From Spirochaetia bacterium (GTDB lineage: Bacteria; Spirochaetota; Spirochaetia; JAFGXN01): DNA of 64,000 nt. The notes beneath the pieces were generated by a model. That model did not search any database, was not told the DNA's origin, and worked only from the letters and a program-made list of their open reading frames with translations. The stretch spans positions 5,766-69,765 of the forward strand of contig JAXEIF010000011.1 in NCBI GenBank assembly GCA_034120015.1, given 5' to 3'. Shown here piece by piece: positions 39,501 through 49,750 of this stretch. The position numbers and the translations under genes are program-made. The stretch's first letter is position 1, and every line of letters starts with the position of its first letter.

Positions 39501-40586
39501 CTACTTGTCAATTATCTTTTCGGCATAATACGGATATAAAATTGAGTCCTTTTTATATTTTTTTATTTTTAATTCCAGAAAAATTTCTTTTTCTTCCCCG
39601 CTCTTCAAAACGGAAAAAAAAGAATCGAATGCTGAAGCGTAATCCCACTCCAAAACCATATCGATATTTTTCCACAGCGGATTTTCCGTCGGAGGTCCCG
39701 GAAAAACAACGAGCAGCATCTGCTCTCCGGAAAGCGCTTCAATCAGCTGCAGTGTCATGGACGCGGCATCGAGAAAAATCAGATTACAGTGGCGTGAACT
39801 CAATTCATCCGACAGACGGTTCAGGGAAGTCGTATCGCGGGACGAAGGAACTTCAAGCGAGATCAAATCCGAAGAGGCCTGAGGATTGACAGCGGAAAAA
39901 GCATTGATAAAAGCCAGATAATTTTTTTCTTTCTCCGTCGAAAGATTGGCATAGACGACCGCCGGTTTCAGTTTCACCGTTAAAGGATTTTCTGTTCCGT
40001 CGGACGGACTCCAGTCCCGGGGAAAAGCCTCTCTGAATGCATCTTCGTCATCACCGGCGGAAGTCTCATGCGAAAGCGATCCCTCAGGTTCCCGTATCGA
40101 TACATCATTTCCGGACTCATCAGCCTGACCGGATTCGTTCTTGCCGTCCGCATCGGTAAAAGGATCGGGAATCGCTTCACGGCTTAACCGACCGAAAAGA
40201 GTCCCCAATTCCCCGTAAGCTTTTTCTCCGCTTCGGGGCAATCCCTTTAAATTCGGAAGCCGTGTCTGTAACTTTTGCTCCAATATGATAAAAAGAGTTT
40301 CGGGACGGTCTGCGGCACACGCTTCCGCCTGTTTTGCCAAAAAAGGAGACAGAATAATAACGTCCGCCGATTCCGGAATCACATCGGAAAGCACAACATT
40401 GACCGGAGTCTCTATATAACCGTATCCGTAACCGGCTTTTTTAACCGACTGACGCAGACTGCCGGCAATCCGGCACGGGCCGACAGTTGTCTCAGCATAA
40501 ACCTGATCGCAAATAAACAGAGCCTTTTCCCCGCCGCACGATGCCATAAATAAAAGCAGGACAGCTCCCGTCAAAAACTGTTTCAT
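39501..40586 (-). CDS. Hypothetical lipoprotein with an acidic central region. Start at MKQFLTGAVLLLFMASC.
   Basis: Lipobox FMASCGG. No family recognised. Confidence 0.55.
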   Translation of the reverse strand: MKQFLTGAVLLLFMASCGGEKALFICDQVYAETTVGPCRIAGSLRQSVKKAGYGYGYIETPVNVVLSDVIPESADVIILSPFLAKQAEACAADRPETLFIILEQKLQTRLPNLKGLPRSGEKAYGELGTLFGRLSREAIPDPFTDADGKNESGQADESGNDVSIREPEGSLSHETSAGDDEDAFREAFPRDWSPSDGTENPLTVKLKPAVVYANLSTEKEKNYLAFINAFSAVNPQASSDLISLEVPSSRDTTSLNRLSDELSSRHCNLIFLDAASMTLQLIEALSGEQMLLVVFPGPPTENPLWKNIDMVLEWDYASAFDSFFSVLKSGEEKEIFLELKIKKYKKDSILYPYYAEKIIDK

Positions 40587-40632
40587 ATTGTAAAATAATT
40601 TACCATTATCTTTACCGCGCGTCAATTATTTC

Positions 40633-40661
40633 TTGATTAATTGGTAAAATCGGAATATAAT
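40633..40661 (+). promoter_or_regulatory. Candidate fba promoter TTGATT-17-TATAAT
   Basis: TTGATT 40633-40638, TATAAT 40656-40661, RBS AAGGAG 40681-40686, ATG 40694. Confidence 0.55.
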
Positions 40662-40693
40662 CAGTTTAAATCAACTATACAAGGAGCAGTCAA

Positions 40694-41692
40694 ATGCCTA
40701 GTTACAAGGAATTGGGTCTTGTCAACACGAAAGAGTTGTTCAGGAAAGCGATGGCCGGTAAATACGCCATTCCCGCTTACAATTTTAACAATATGGAGCA
40801 GATGCAGGCCATTATCCAGGCCTGTGTGGAAACCAAGTCGCCTGTTATCCTGCAGGTTTCTTCCGGCGCCCGCAAATACGCCAATGCAACACTGCTGAAA
40901 AACATGGCTAAAGGGGCCGTCGAATATGCAGCCGAATTGGGCTATGCCATTCCGATTGTTCTCCATCTGGATCACGGCGATTCGTTCGAACTGTGCAAAG
41001 ACTGTATCGACAGCGGATTTTCTTCCGTTATGATCGACGGTTCCCACCTGCCTTACGAAGAAAACGTCGCTCTGACAAAAAAAGTTTGCGAATATGCACA
41101 CTCTCAGAAAGATTATGTGACAGTTGAAGGTGAGCTCGGAGTTCTTGCCGGAGTCGAAGACGAAGTCTCCCACGAACATTCGAACTATACCAGCCCCGAC
41201 GAAGTCGAAGATTTCGTCAAAAAAACAGGGGTCGATTCTCTCGCCATTTCCATCGGAACTTCGCACGGCGCCAATAAGTTCAAACCGGAACAGTGCACAC
41301 GCAACGCCGACGGAATTCTGATTCCGCCTCCTCTCCGTTTCGATATTCTGGAAGAAATCGAAAAGAGAATCCCCGGATTCCCGATTGTCCTTCACGGATC
41401 TTCTTCCGTTCCGCAGGATCAGGTTGCGATTATCAATGCCAACGGCGGTAAACTGAAGGACGCCATCGGTATCCCCGAAGAAGAACTGCGCAAAGCCGCC
41501 AAATCGGCTGTCTGCAAAATCAATATCGATTCCGACGGACGTCTGGCAATGACTGCCGCTATCCGCAAAGTTTTCAATGACAACCCCGCAGAATTCGACC
41601 CTCGCAAATATTTGGGACCCGCACGTGATTCTCTGCGCGAGTTGTACAAAAAGAAAAACATCAACGTTTTGGGGTCGGCCGGACAGGCTTAA
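40694..41692 (+). CDS. fba: Class II fructose-bisphosphate aldolase
   Basis: AIPAYNFNNMEQMQAI...LHLDHG...GELG...GTSHG motifs. Confidence 0.9.
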   Translation: MPSYKELGLVNTKELFRKAMAGKYAIPAYNFNNMEQMQAIIQACVETKSPVILQVSSGARKYANATLLKNMAKGAVEYAAELGYAIPIVLHLDHGDSFELCKDCIDSGFSSVMIDGSHLPYEENVALTKKVCEYAHSQKDYVTVEGELGVLAGVEDEVSHEHSNYTSPDEVEDFVKKTGVDSLAISIGTSHGANKFKPEQCTRNADGILIPPPLRFDILEEIEKRIPGFPIVLHGSSSVPQDQVAIINANGGKLKDAIGIPEEELRKAAKSAVCKINIDSDGRLAMTAAIRKVFNDNPAEFDPRKYLGPARDSLRELYKKKNINVLGSAGQA

Positions 41693-41704
41693 TCCCGTAT
41701 ACGG

Positions 41705-41733
41705 AAAAAGGACCGGGGAACCGGTCCTTTTTT
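41705..41733 (+). terminator. Rho-independent terminator after fba
   Basis: AAAAAGGACCGG-ggaa-CCGGTCC-TTTTTT. Confidence 0.75.
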
Positions 41734-41766
41734 CTTCGTCAAACAACCGTAACGGAATACAAAATC

Positions 41767-43191
41767 ATGAAAAATACAAAAATGACAGATATTTCTTTAA
41801 CCGGCAACCGAATCATTGCCATTGATTTTTTCCGGGGACTTGCCATCCTCGGAGTCGTTCTGACACACTGTTTAATTTACGGTGTATTCTATACAATTGA
41901 CAACGCCCTATCAACCGTACCGCCGGGACTCCTTGCGGTTTTCTCTCCGATTGTTCTGATTTCACCCATGGCCGGACTGTTTGCTTTTATAAGCGTTGTG
42001 GCCAATACGTTTACCGCATTACGGCGAAAAGACAACGGACATTCCTCCGCAAGCGTTATTCAGCCCATTGTTTTAACATCCCTTGTCCTGATTCTGCTTC
42101 ATTTTATCTTTTCGACGCTTTTTAAATGCAGCAGCGGATCGATGTTTACGCCGGGAGTCACCATTAACACAATTGTTCCTGCCTCTATCCGACAGAGTCA
42201 ATTGATTCTGCCTCAATTTGAAAACTTATTATATATGGATGCCTTATCAATGATCGGAATCAGCGGACTGACATCTGCAGCCGTACTGGCCTTTCTTTTG
42301 AAAAAACCGTTCTCGACGCATAAACTGACGGCTTTAACGGCAATCGGTTTCATTGCCGCTTTACTGTCCCCTTTCCTGTGGTATTTATTCTGGAAACCGT
42401 TTCGGTTTTTTTATTTCAGTGCATACCCGCTCAGATTATTATCGATTCCGTTATCTTTTTTTGCGGCAAGAATGCATTGTCTCCCCGGAATTCTGCCTTT
42501 TATTATTTTCGGAGTCTGGTTCGGATTTTTTCTCCATTCCCGACCGACATACCGGGAAGTCAAAAAGAAAACATTCCCGATTGCTGTCGCCTCAACCGTT
42601 CTTTTCTGTTTTTTCGTCGGAGTCAAATTATTTTTGATTCTGGGAAACGAGACTCATACGGTTGGGTTTCTGTCGCGAATCGGACTGTTGTCACTTCTTG
42701 CCGAAAATACTCCCGGCATTTTAACGGGAAACATCGGAAATGCGTTTTTGGATTATAAATCGTTACCGGTCGAATTTCAATTTTTCGGAATCGCCCTGAT
42801 TTTTTGGGGATTTCCGCTCCTGATGAAGCAGTTTGACTATGACGAAGAAGATAAAAGAGAAAAACGTATATCCCGAATCCGCCCGGTTCTGCGATTCGGA
42901 ACACTCTCTCTGACTATCTGCGTTTTCGAAACCCCTGTTCATACTGTTTTTGCAAAAGGACTGCACGCGCTTTCCGGCATTCCCGTACCCGATATGAATC
43001 GGATTCAACCCGATTTTTTTATGACCCATCCTCTGATTTGGATTGCTTATGCCGCATTTATAATTCTTCTCTGGGTCGGAATTCTGAAGCTTTGGGAAAA
43101 ACAAAACTACAGATTAAGTCTGGAATGGCTACTGGTTAAAGCGACCGCACCGTTACGCAAAATTAAATCGGAAAAATTATCAGTGCGTTAA
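41767..43191 (+). CDS. Acyltransferase-3 / DUF1624-like polytopic membrane protein
   Basis: N-terminal RIIAIDFFRGLAILGVVLTHC motif typical of the OatA / HGSNAT-like acyltransferase superfamily. About 10 TM helices. Confidence 0.55.
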   Translation: MKNTKMTDISLTGNRIIAIDFFRGLAILGVVLTHCLIYGVFYTIDNALSTVPPGLLAVFSPIVLISPMAGLFAFISVVANTFTALRRKDNGHSSASVIQPIVLTSLVLILLHFIFSTLFKCSSGSMFTPGVTINTIVPASIRQSQLILPQFENLLYMDALSMIGISGLTSAAVLAFLLKKPFSTHKLTALTAIGFIAALLSPFLWYLFWKPFRFFYFSAYPLRLLSIPLSFFAARMHCLPGILPFIIFGVWFGFFLHSRPTYREVKKKTFPIAVASTVLFCFFVGVKLFLILGNETHTVGFLSRIGLLSLLAENTPGILTGNIGNAFLDYKSLPVEFQFFGIALIFWGFPLLMKQFDYDEEDKREKRISRIRPVLRFGTLSLTICVFETPVHTVFAKGLHALSGIPVPDMNRIQPDFFMTHPLIWIAYAAFIILLWVGILKLWEKQNYRLSLEWLLVKATAPLRKIKSEKLSVR

Positions 43192-44232
43192 TTATTCGAT
43201 CAGCTCACTGTAAACAGCCCTGAGCAGACGTAAATCCGGAGTATCCTGGGCAATATGCCAGATCATAATTCCGCCGTAGGCTCGGGCATAATGACTTTTC
43301 TCTCGAATCAGTTTAAGACTGTTATATGTGATAGTCTGTCGGCCTCCGTCGGGTGTATCGATTGTCAGAAAATCCTCTTTAACGGATTTATCCGGATACA
43401 ATCCGAAAACATCGCGAAAAGTAACCGACCCCTGACTGACAACTTTCCCGTCCGCACCGAAAGTTCTCTGCCAGCCGTAAAACGGTACACCGATAACCAG
43501 TTTGGAGCGGTCGATTCCGCGACGATTCTGCCAGTAATCAATTGTCTTTTCCACGTGAGCAAACGACGAATGATCTTTCAGTTCTTTGTCAAACAGACCC
43601 GATTCGTTGTAAATCATCAAATTTAAGAAATCGAATGATGTAACAGCCGCATCCTTCATTTTTCGCGCACCCCAATAACCGAATGCGCCGGAAAGCTGAT
43701 ACGGTTTGTCGGACACGACTTTCGCCAAAGCGACAATAAAGTCATTATACTCGGGAATCATCATATCCCCTTCGAAATCGAGGTCGATTCCGTCAATTCC
43801 GTTGGATTCGACAAAACGGATTAAAGCATCTATAATTGTATCAAACTGTCCGGAACGGAACAGTTTCAGATAACGCTGTCCCGCTTCCGTTTTGGAAGTT
43901 ACATGTCCGCCGCCGATTGAAATAAAAACACGCGTCTGCTTTGCATGCGCTTTGGCAATAAATTTTTTCAATTCAAGAGAAGAAACGCGCGGCGCGGAAA
44001 TTTTTCCGTTGCGGTCGTAATTGAAAAACCAGAGGTTTATATGCGTCAGATATTCCAGACCGGGATTGTACTGATCGAGCATAATAGCCGCTGCGGGGAA
44101 ATAGCCGACCACCCGGCGTCCGCCCAGCGCCGATTTGTCTGTTTCCGGACGGGTCAGACAGCCGATCGGCAAAAAGAGAGATAAAACCAAAAGCGTGAAT
44201 CCTTTTTTATTCACCGAATTCTCCTTTCTCAA
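43192..44232 (-). CDS. Glycoside hydrolase family 18 (chitinase-like) secreted protein/lipoprotein
   Basis: GIDGIDLDFEGD (DxxDxDxE catalytic motif). Signal peptide LLVLSLFLPIGC. Confidence 0.8.
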   Translation of the reverse strand: MRKENSVNKKGFTLLVLSLFLPIGCLTRPETDKSALGGRRVVGYFPAAAIMLDQYNPGLEYLTHINLWFFNYDRNGKISAPRVSSLELKKFIAKAHAKQTRVFISIGGGHVTSKTEAGQRYLKLFRSGQFDTIIDALIRFVESNGIDGIDLDFEGDMMIPEYNDFIVALAKVVSDKPYQLSGAFGYWGARKMKDAAVTSFDFLNLMIYNESGLFDKELKDHSSFAHVEKTIDYWQNRRGIDRSKLVIGVPFYGWQRTFGADGKVVSQGSVTFRDVFGLYPDKSVKEDFLTIDTPDGGRQTITYNSLKLIREKSHYARAYGGIMIWHIAQDTPDLRLLRAVYSELIE

Positions 44233-44274
44233 TTTTATCCGATTTTCTTCCGATAAAAAAACGGAGGAAACCGA

Positions 44275-44763
44275 ATGAAACGCACCGACTATTTAAACTG
44301 GGACGAATATTTTATGGGAGTGGCCCTACTGTCAGCAAAACGCAGCAAAGATCCGTCGACCCAGGTCGGAGCCTGTATTGTCAATACCGACAATGTGATT
44401 GTCGGAACCGGTTACAACGGTTTCCCGAAGGGGTGCAGCGACGAACTGTTTCCCTGGGAACGAACCGGAAACTTTCTGGAAACCAAATATCCGTATGTCT
44501 GTCACGCCGAATTAAACGCCATTTTAAACTCGGCATCCCGAACTCTGAAAGGCTGCCGGATTTACGTCGGACTTTTTCCCTGCAACGAATGCGCAAAAGC
44601 AATTATTCAGTCGGGCATAACGGAAATCATTTTTATTTCGGATAAGTACGCAGATACGGATGGTGTCAAAGCCTCGAAACGTATGCTGACCGAAGCAGGC
44701 GTTACATTCAGACCCTTATCATCGCAACGGAAAACGGTTACCATTGATTACGGAATTGTATAA
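44275..44763 (+). CDS. dCMP deaminase (ComEB-like)
   Basis: CHAELNAI...PCNECAKAI zinc-binding motifs. Confidence 0.85.
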   Translation: MKRTDYLNWDEYFMGVALLSAKRSKDPSTQVGACIVNTDNVIVGTGYNGFPKGCSDELFPWERTGNFLETKYPYVCHAELNAILNSASRTLKGCRIYVGLFPCNECAKAIIQSGITEIIFISDKYADTDGVKASKRMLTEAGVTFRPLSSQRKTVTIDYGIV

Positions 44764-44854
44764 ACTGCAGCTTCCGCAAAAATAAAATTATTTTTAAAAA
44801 TTATAATTGACTATAATCATTTCAGAGGTTAAAATCAAGTGATTATCATAAAAT

Positions 44855-45673
44855 ATGAGGAAGATTGTGCGAATTTTAATCCTCGGCGCCGGAAAAATGG
44901 GGCGATGGCTCTCCGATTCGCTTTGCCTTGACGAAGAAACGGCTGTTTTTGATACCGATAAAACCAAACTGAAATATCTGTTTAATGTCCGGCGGCTGAC
45001 CGACGGAAACGAAATCCGCGAATTTAATCCCGAACTGGTCATAAATGCAGCCGGTTTGTCTCAAACGGAAAATGCATTTCGGTTTGCCGTTCCTTTTCTT
45101 TCATCCGACTGTATCCTTTCGGATATTGCCTCCGTAAAAAACAATTTGGAAGAATACTACAAAACATCAGGATTCCGCTTTGTTTCTTCGCACCCGATGT
45201 TCGGTCCGACTTTTGCCAATATCGGAGATCTCCGTACACAAACGGCGATTATTATTAAAGAATCGTGTCCCGAAGGCCGTGCTTTTTTTAAAACATTTTA
45301 CGAAAAACTGAATGTTCGCGTTTTTGAGGCCGGTTTCAACGAACACGACCGACTGACAGCCTATTCCCTTTCGACCCCGTTTGCGGCAACTCTGGCTTTC
45401 GTATCCTGCCTGAAACCGATACAGGCGCCGGGTACCACTTTCAAAAAACATATGGAAATTGCCGACGGACTTCTTTCCGAAGATGACGAATTACTGACCG
45501 AAATTCTCCTTAACAAATACAGTGCCGCCCAAATTACGGAAATTGAAAAAACACTCGGGAAATTAAGGATATGGGTTGATAACCGGGACGCTTCTGCCGT
45601 CAAAAAATATTTAAACGAACTCAGAAACGATTGGGAGACATACAAAAATGCCTTACGTAACTTTGGAAAATAA
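44855..45673 (+). CDS. tyrA: Prephenate/arogenate dehydrogenase-like NAD-binding protein
   Basis: ILILGAGKMG Rossmann motif and SHPMFGP motif. Confidence 0.6.
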   Translation: MRKIVRILILGAGKMGRWLSDSLCLDEETAVFDTDKTKLKYLFNVRRLTDGNEIREFNPELVINAAGLSQTENAFRFAVPFLSSDCILSDIASVKNNLEEYYKTSGFRFVSSHPMFGPTFANIGDLRTQTAIIIKESCPEGRAFFKTFYEKLNVRVFEAGFNEHDRLTAYSLSTPFAATLAFVSCLKPIQAPGTTFKKHMEIADGLLSEDDELLTEILLNKYSAAQITEIEKTLGKLRIWVDNRDASAVKKYLNELRNDWETYKNALRNFGK

Positions 45674-46514
45674 CAACCTGAAGGCGGTTATCTCCGCACA
45701 GGGTGCCGAACTGCAGTCGCTTTACGGAAAAAAAAATGCAACGGAATACCTGTGGCAGGGGAATCCCGATTTTTGGAGAAGAAGAGCCCCTCATCTCTTT
45801 CCGATTATCGGCGGACTGAAAGACGGCTATTTTCTTTACGATACTCAAAAGTATGAAATGAGCAACCACGGATTTGCCCGCGACAGCCGTTTCGAAGTCA
45901 AATATCCGTCGCTGAAAAAAGCCGTTTTTACTTTGGAAGAAGAAAAGTCCAACTATCCGTTTCGATACCGCTTCACGGTTACCTATTCGCTAAAAGACAA
46001 CAGACTGAAAGTATCATACAGGGTTAAAAACACCGATACACGAAAAATTTATTTTTCAGTCGGAGGACATCCCGCTTTTGCCTGTCCGATCGACCGGACT
46101 TTAAAGTACACCGACTATTTTATTGAATTCGAAAAAACCGAATCGGGAGAAATGCCTCTGATTGTCAATGATGTAGTCGACGGCACGCGATATTTTCCGA
46201 TTCGGAATAAAAAAATCCCGCTGATGAATTCTCTGTTTAGTCAGGATGCACTGATTTTTGATTCTCCTGCATCGAAAAAATTCCGACTGCGCAGTACAAA
46301 AGACAGCCGGCAAATCGAAATGAAAATTAAAAATTTTGATATGATGGCCTTTTGGTCAAAAGCCAAAGAAGGAGCCGATTTTATCTGCTTCGAACCGTGG
46401 TGCGGGATCGATGACAGGGCCGAATGCAACCACTGCCTCGAGTCAAAGTGGAAAATCCATTGTCTGAAACCCGGAAAAACTTTTAAATGCTCCTACACAA
46501 TTACCGTTAACTGA
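45648..46514 (+). CDS. Aldose 1-epimerase family protein (LacX-like), second mutarotase-like gene in the window
   Basis: HLFPIIGGLKDG, HGFAR, GGHPAF, EPW motifs. Confidence 0.65.
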   Translation: MPYVTLENNNLKAVISAQGAELQSLYGKKNATEYLWQGNPDFWRRRAPHLFPIIGGLKDGYFLYDTQKYEMSNHGFARDSRFEVKYPSLKKAVFTLEEEKSNYPFRYRFTVTYSLKDNRLKVSYRVKNTDTRKIYFSVGGHPAFACPIDRTLKYTDYFIEFEKTESGEMPLIVNDVVDGTRYFPIRNKKIPLMNSLFSQDALIFDSPASKKFRLRSTKDSRQIEMKIKNFDMMAFWSKAKEGADFICFEPWCGIDDRAECNHCLESKWKIHCLKPGKTFKCSYTITVN

Positions 46515-46545
46515 AAAAAGCTGCCTTTCGGCAGCTTTTCCTATT
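46514..46545. terminator. Bidirectional terminator
   Basis: GAAAAA-AGCTGCC-tttc-GGCAGCT-TTTCC. Confidence 0.65.
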
Positions 46546-46571
46546 TTATACCCGCACAGTCAACAGGAAAA

Positions 46572-47159
46572 TCAGTTCAGAGATTTCCGCTTCAGCCAGT
46601 TAACAAGCAGACCGTTAAAAATAAACAGCGAGCAGCTGAACCAAATCAGAGCGAAAAAATAACCGATCAGTTTCTCAAACAAATCCGGATTAACACCGCC
46701 GATTACCCACATCACAACGGCAATCGCCAGCATGACGACACCGTCTACCAGAAATCCGACCGCCCCCCTATAGGCTTTAGTCAGATACCAGAAATAAAGG
46801 CTGAACACCGAAGCGGCGAAAATACAGAACGAAATAATCCAGGTCAGCCCGCGCAAAATATCAGCCGAAAAAAACGTACAGACAATTCCGAGAATCAGAA
46901 AAAAGAGTCCGGCTGCTACAGGAAAGAAAAGTCCGTAAATCGTTCTTTTTACGGCTCCGTAAATAATCGTAAACGCCCCCAGCATCATCGACAGTATACC
47001 GAAAAAAACAATCACAATCTGCGGCAGCTGCGACGCAAAGACAGCCGTCAAAATACCCGCAACAAGGAAAAGAATACCTGCGGCAATATATCCTTTTCGG
47101 GAAAACTGATCGACAATACTGACTTCACGGATTTCGATTTCGGGAATCATATCTTCCAT
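46572..47159 (-). CDS. Small membrane protein, HdeD/DUF308-like
   Basis: Several short TM helices in a repeated arrangement. Low-confidence family call. Confidence 0.45.
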   Translation of the reverse strand: MEDMIPEIEIREVSIVDQFSRKGYIAAGILFLVAGILTAVFASQLPQIVIVFFGILSMMLGAFTIIYGAVKRTIYGLFFPVAAGLFFLILGIVCTFFSADILRGLTWIISFCIFAASVFSLYFWYLTKAYRGAVGFLVDGVVMLAIAVVMWVIGGVNPDLFEKLIGYFFALIWFSCSLFIFNGLLVNWLKRKSLN

Positions 47160-47224
47160 AATTAAACCTCCGTCTGTGTTTATAACTGTAATATAGCGAT
47201 TCTCGGAAAAATTGTAAACCGCAT

Positions 47225-48145
47225 TTACGAAAAAATCGCCCGACAGACGGCCTCACGGTCTTGAGGAGAGATCAGCCGGCGGCCGGGAATTTTTTGAAAA
47301 AAAGTGATCTGCCTCTTGGCATACCGTCGGGAATGAAGCCGGATCTGGTCTTTGACCTCTTCGGGATTGTCCGAAAGAAAAAATTCGGAATAACCGATCG
47401 CCTTCATCCCCGGCATTTCGGCCGTGTATCCGAGATCGCGAAGACGGCGCCACTCATCGGGCAGCCCTTCACGAAACATAACCCCGACACGCTCGTTGAT
47501 ACGGGTGTAAAGCTCGTCGCGCGGACGCGTCAGTTCGATAATCCTGATGTCGAAGTCGGTTCGGGGACTCTGTCCCGTTAAGAAAGAAGAAAGCGGCCGG
47601 CCGCTGCTGCGGTAAACTTCCAAAGCCCGTGTCAGACGATAAGTATCACCGATGGGAATGCGGGCGGCCGAAACCGGATCGCAACGGCGCAGCTCCTCAT
47701 AAAGACGCTCCCGTCCGCCGTCCAAAATTTCGGTCCGGATAGTCTCCGCCGCTTCCCTGTTTGTCGGAGGAGCCTCCGGGAGTCCGTAAAGAAAATTTAA
47801 AAAATAAAAAGCGGTACCGCCCGAAATAACAGGCAGATGTCCCCGTGCCGTAATTTCGGGAATCAGCCGCTCGGCTTCCGCAACGAAATCACCGGCATGA
47901 AACTGCTCATCGGGATTACGGATATCTATCAGATGATGCGGAACCTGTTTCCGGAAAGCAGCATCGGGCTTTGCCGTACCGATATCCATTCCGCGGTACA
48001 CCTGCATCGAGTCGGCACTGATAATTTCAATATTTCGGGAAATCAGATCGGCCAGACACTCCGTCTTACCGACGGCAGTCGGACCGAAAAGAAAAACAAC
48101 GGTCGGTTTATTCGTCACCGAGAGAGAATTCAACCTCGCCGTCAA
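47225..48145 (-). CDS. miaA: tRNA dimethylallyltransferase
   Basis: VVFLFGPTAVGKTE...ISADSMQVYRGMDIGTAKP. Confidence 0.9.
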   Translation of the reverse strand: MTARLNSLSVTNKPTVVFLFGPTAVGKTECLADLISRNIEIISADSMQVYRGMDIGTAKPDAAFRKQVPHHLIDIRNPDEQFHAGDFVAEAERLIPEITARGHLPVISGGTAFYFLNFLYGLPEAPPTNREAAETIRTEILDGGRERLYEELRRCDPVSAARIPIGDTYRLTRALEVYRSSGRPLSSFLTGQSPRTDFDIRIIELTRPRDELYTRINERVGVMFREGLPDEWRRLRDLGYTAEMPGMKAIGYSEFFLSDNPEEVKDQIRLHSRRYAKRQITFFQKIPGRRLISPQDREAVCRAIFS

Positions 48146-48305
48146 GAACTTCGCGAATCGCTTCCGAACAGATTTTGACGTCTTCTTTGACTCTCTCGGG
48201 ATGCTTTGTTAACAAATCGGCACGTTTAATCATTGCATTCGTCATTTCATAAAAGTTTCCGTCAAAATCAACCATTTTATTTAAAGGAATCACAGGTCCG
48301 GTCAT
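48108..48305 (-). CDS. rpoZ: Candidate RNA polymerase omega subunit (65 aa)
   Basis: GNFYEMTNAMIKRADLL fits the omega consensus (NRYxLvxxaaKRArqL). Located in a yicC-kinase-rpoZ context. Overlaps the annotated miaA start by 38 nt. Confidence 0.55.
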   Translation of the reverse strand: MTGPVIPLNKMVDFDGNFYEMTNAMIKRADLLTKHPERVKEDVKICSEAIREVLDGEVEFSLGDE

Positions 48306-48334
48306 TCGATACTCCTTTTCTTATTATACACGAT

Positions 48335-48868
48335 TCAATCCGCTTTGTAAACGGCTTCGATGATTTCCGTAACAATTTGTTCCGGATTTTTATCGGAGGT
48401 ATCGATAATCAGATCACAAAAAGCGTAATCGTTGTTATCGATATTATACAGACGACGGTAACGGTTGGTATCGCGTGCATCGCGTGCTTCCGTTTCCGCG
48501 GCACGTTCTTCCGCACAACCGCCTTCTCTGTTGTGCACACGGGTCGCGCGGATTTCGGCCGGCGCATACAGATAAACTTTTAAATCGGCATCTTTCAAAA
48601 GCCAGACAGCCAGCCGGGAACCGAGAACCACACCGCCGGCAGAGGCCAAATCAATCTGCTTTTTATCGAGAGCGTAATCATACGACGGATCGTTTTCGGC
48701 CTTGCGGCAAAATTCCTCAAACGGAATTCCCGCCTCTTCCGCCATATTGTGAAACGTATAGTTGATCAGTTTCAGTCCCAGCTTTTCGGCCAAAAGCCGA
48801 CTGACGGTCGAATTGCCGCATCCGCTTTTCCCCGAAACGGCAATTTTTATTTTCGACAAATCTTTCAT
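48335..48868 (-). CDS. Cytidylate-kinase-like P-loop protein with a non-canonical Walker A (GKSGCGNST)
   Basis: IAVSGKSGCGNSTVSRLLAEKLG. The Walker A lysine position is Asn, as in the Cytidylate_kin2 / archaeal-type Cmk families. Confidence 0.65.
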   Translation of the reverse strand: MKDLSKIKIAVSGKSGCGNSTVSRLLAEKLGLKLINYTFHNMAEEAGIPFEEFCRKAENDPSYDYALDKKQIDLASAGGVVLGSRLAVWLLKDADLKVYLYAPAEIRATRVHNREGGCAEERAAETEARDARDTNRYRRLYNIDNNDYAFCDLIIDTSDKNPEQIVTEIIEAVYKAD

Positions 48869-48880
48869 AAAGACTCTCCC

Positions 48881-49750
48881 CTATTCGACATTCCGCAGCT
48901 GTTCGCGAAAATCTTCCAATGCATCTTTGATATCGACAACCGCCTGTGTCATTTCGACAAAAAGCGCCTTCGAGGCGGTCGTATTGGCTTCCCGGTTGAT
49001 TTCCTGCGCCAGAAAATCAAGTTTTTTTCCGACCGGACCGTCAGCAGACAGCAGACGGCGGCATTCACGCAAATGGACGGACAGACGCTCCGTTTCCTCA
49101 CTGACGGAAAACCGCACCAGAGAAGCCGCCAGTTCCTGATAGAAACGATCGCATTCGGCCGCATCTCCCAAAATTTCGCGAAAACGACCGCTCAGCACAT
49201 TTTTCAGTTTCTCTTCATTTTTTGCCTGATAAGAACAGAGTACGGCAAGACGGTTTTCGATAATGTCGAGACGGGACGCCAAAAAGCGTGCGGTCTCCTC
49301 GCCTTCGCGGCACCGCTCCGCTTCGAACGCCGTCAGCGCGCGTTGCAGAGCCCGGGCCGCCAAACAAACCGGTAATTCTTTGTCGGTTTCACCGCTGCCG
49401 GCATCAATCATTCCGGGCAACAGCACCAGTTTTTCCGGCTGCGGAGGCTCGACATCCGGAAAAAAACGCTTCAGTTCGCCGAAAAGGGCGGCGTAAGCCC
49501 GGGCCTGATCTTCGTTCAGGACCGGGCGTTCGACTGCGCTGTTTTTCGCGACGGCGAAAAACAGTTCCACGCGACCGCGGGCAACCCGCTCCTGAACCGC
49601 GCGGCGCAGCTCTGACTCCGCGTCCGCCAGCTCCGGCGGCAACGTCAGTTTCAAATCGAGATAGCGGTTATTGTAAGATTTGATACGTACGGAAACGGAA
49701 ACATCGCCTTCCGTCTCTTCCGCCGAACCGAAGCCTGTCATTCCGATCAT
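48881..49750 (-). CDS. yicC: YicC/YloC family protein
   Basis: MIGMTGFGSAE...VSVRIKSYNNRYLDLKL N-terminal domain and DUF1732 C-terminal region. Confidence 0.85.
   Translation of the reverse strand: MIGMTGFGSAEETEGDVSVSVRIKSYNNRYLDLKLTLPPELADAESELRRAVQERVARGRVELFFAVAKNSAVERPVLNEDQARAYAALFGELKRFFPDVEPPQPEKLVLLPGMIDAGSGETDKELPVCLAARALQRALTAFEAERCREGEETARFLASRLDIIENRLAVLCSYQAKNEEKLKNVLSGRFREILGDAAECDRFYQELAASLVRFSVSEETERLSVHLRECRRLLSADGPVGKKLDFLAQEINREANTTASKALFVEMTQAVVDIKDALEDFREQLRNVE

Noticed and set aside
40661-41746. 361-aa minus-strand ORF antisense to fba
   Set aside because: fba is unmistakable. The antisense product is repetitive (F/G/N/R) without motifs.
44794-45042. 82-aa minus-strand ORF overlapping the tyrA-like start and the AT-rich promoter region
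   Set aside because: It has no RBS and the product is Ser/Arg-rich. The plus-strand Rossmann gene is supported by GxGxxG and HPMFGP motifs.
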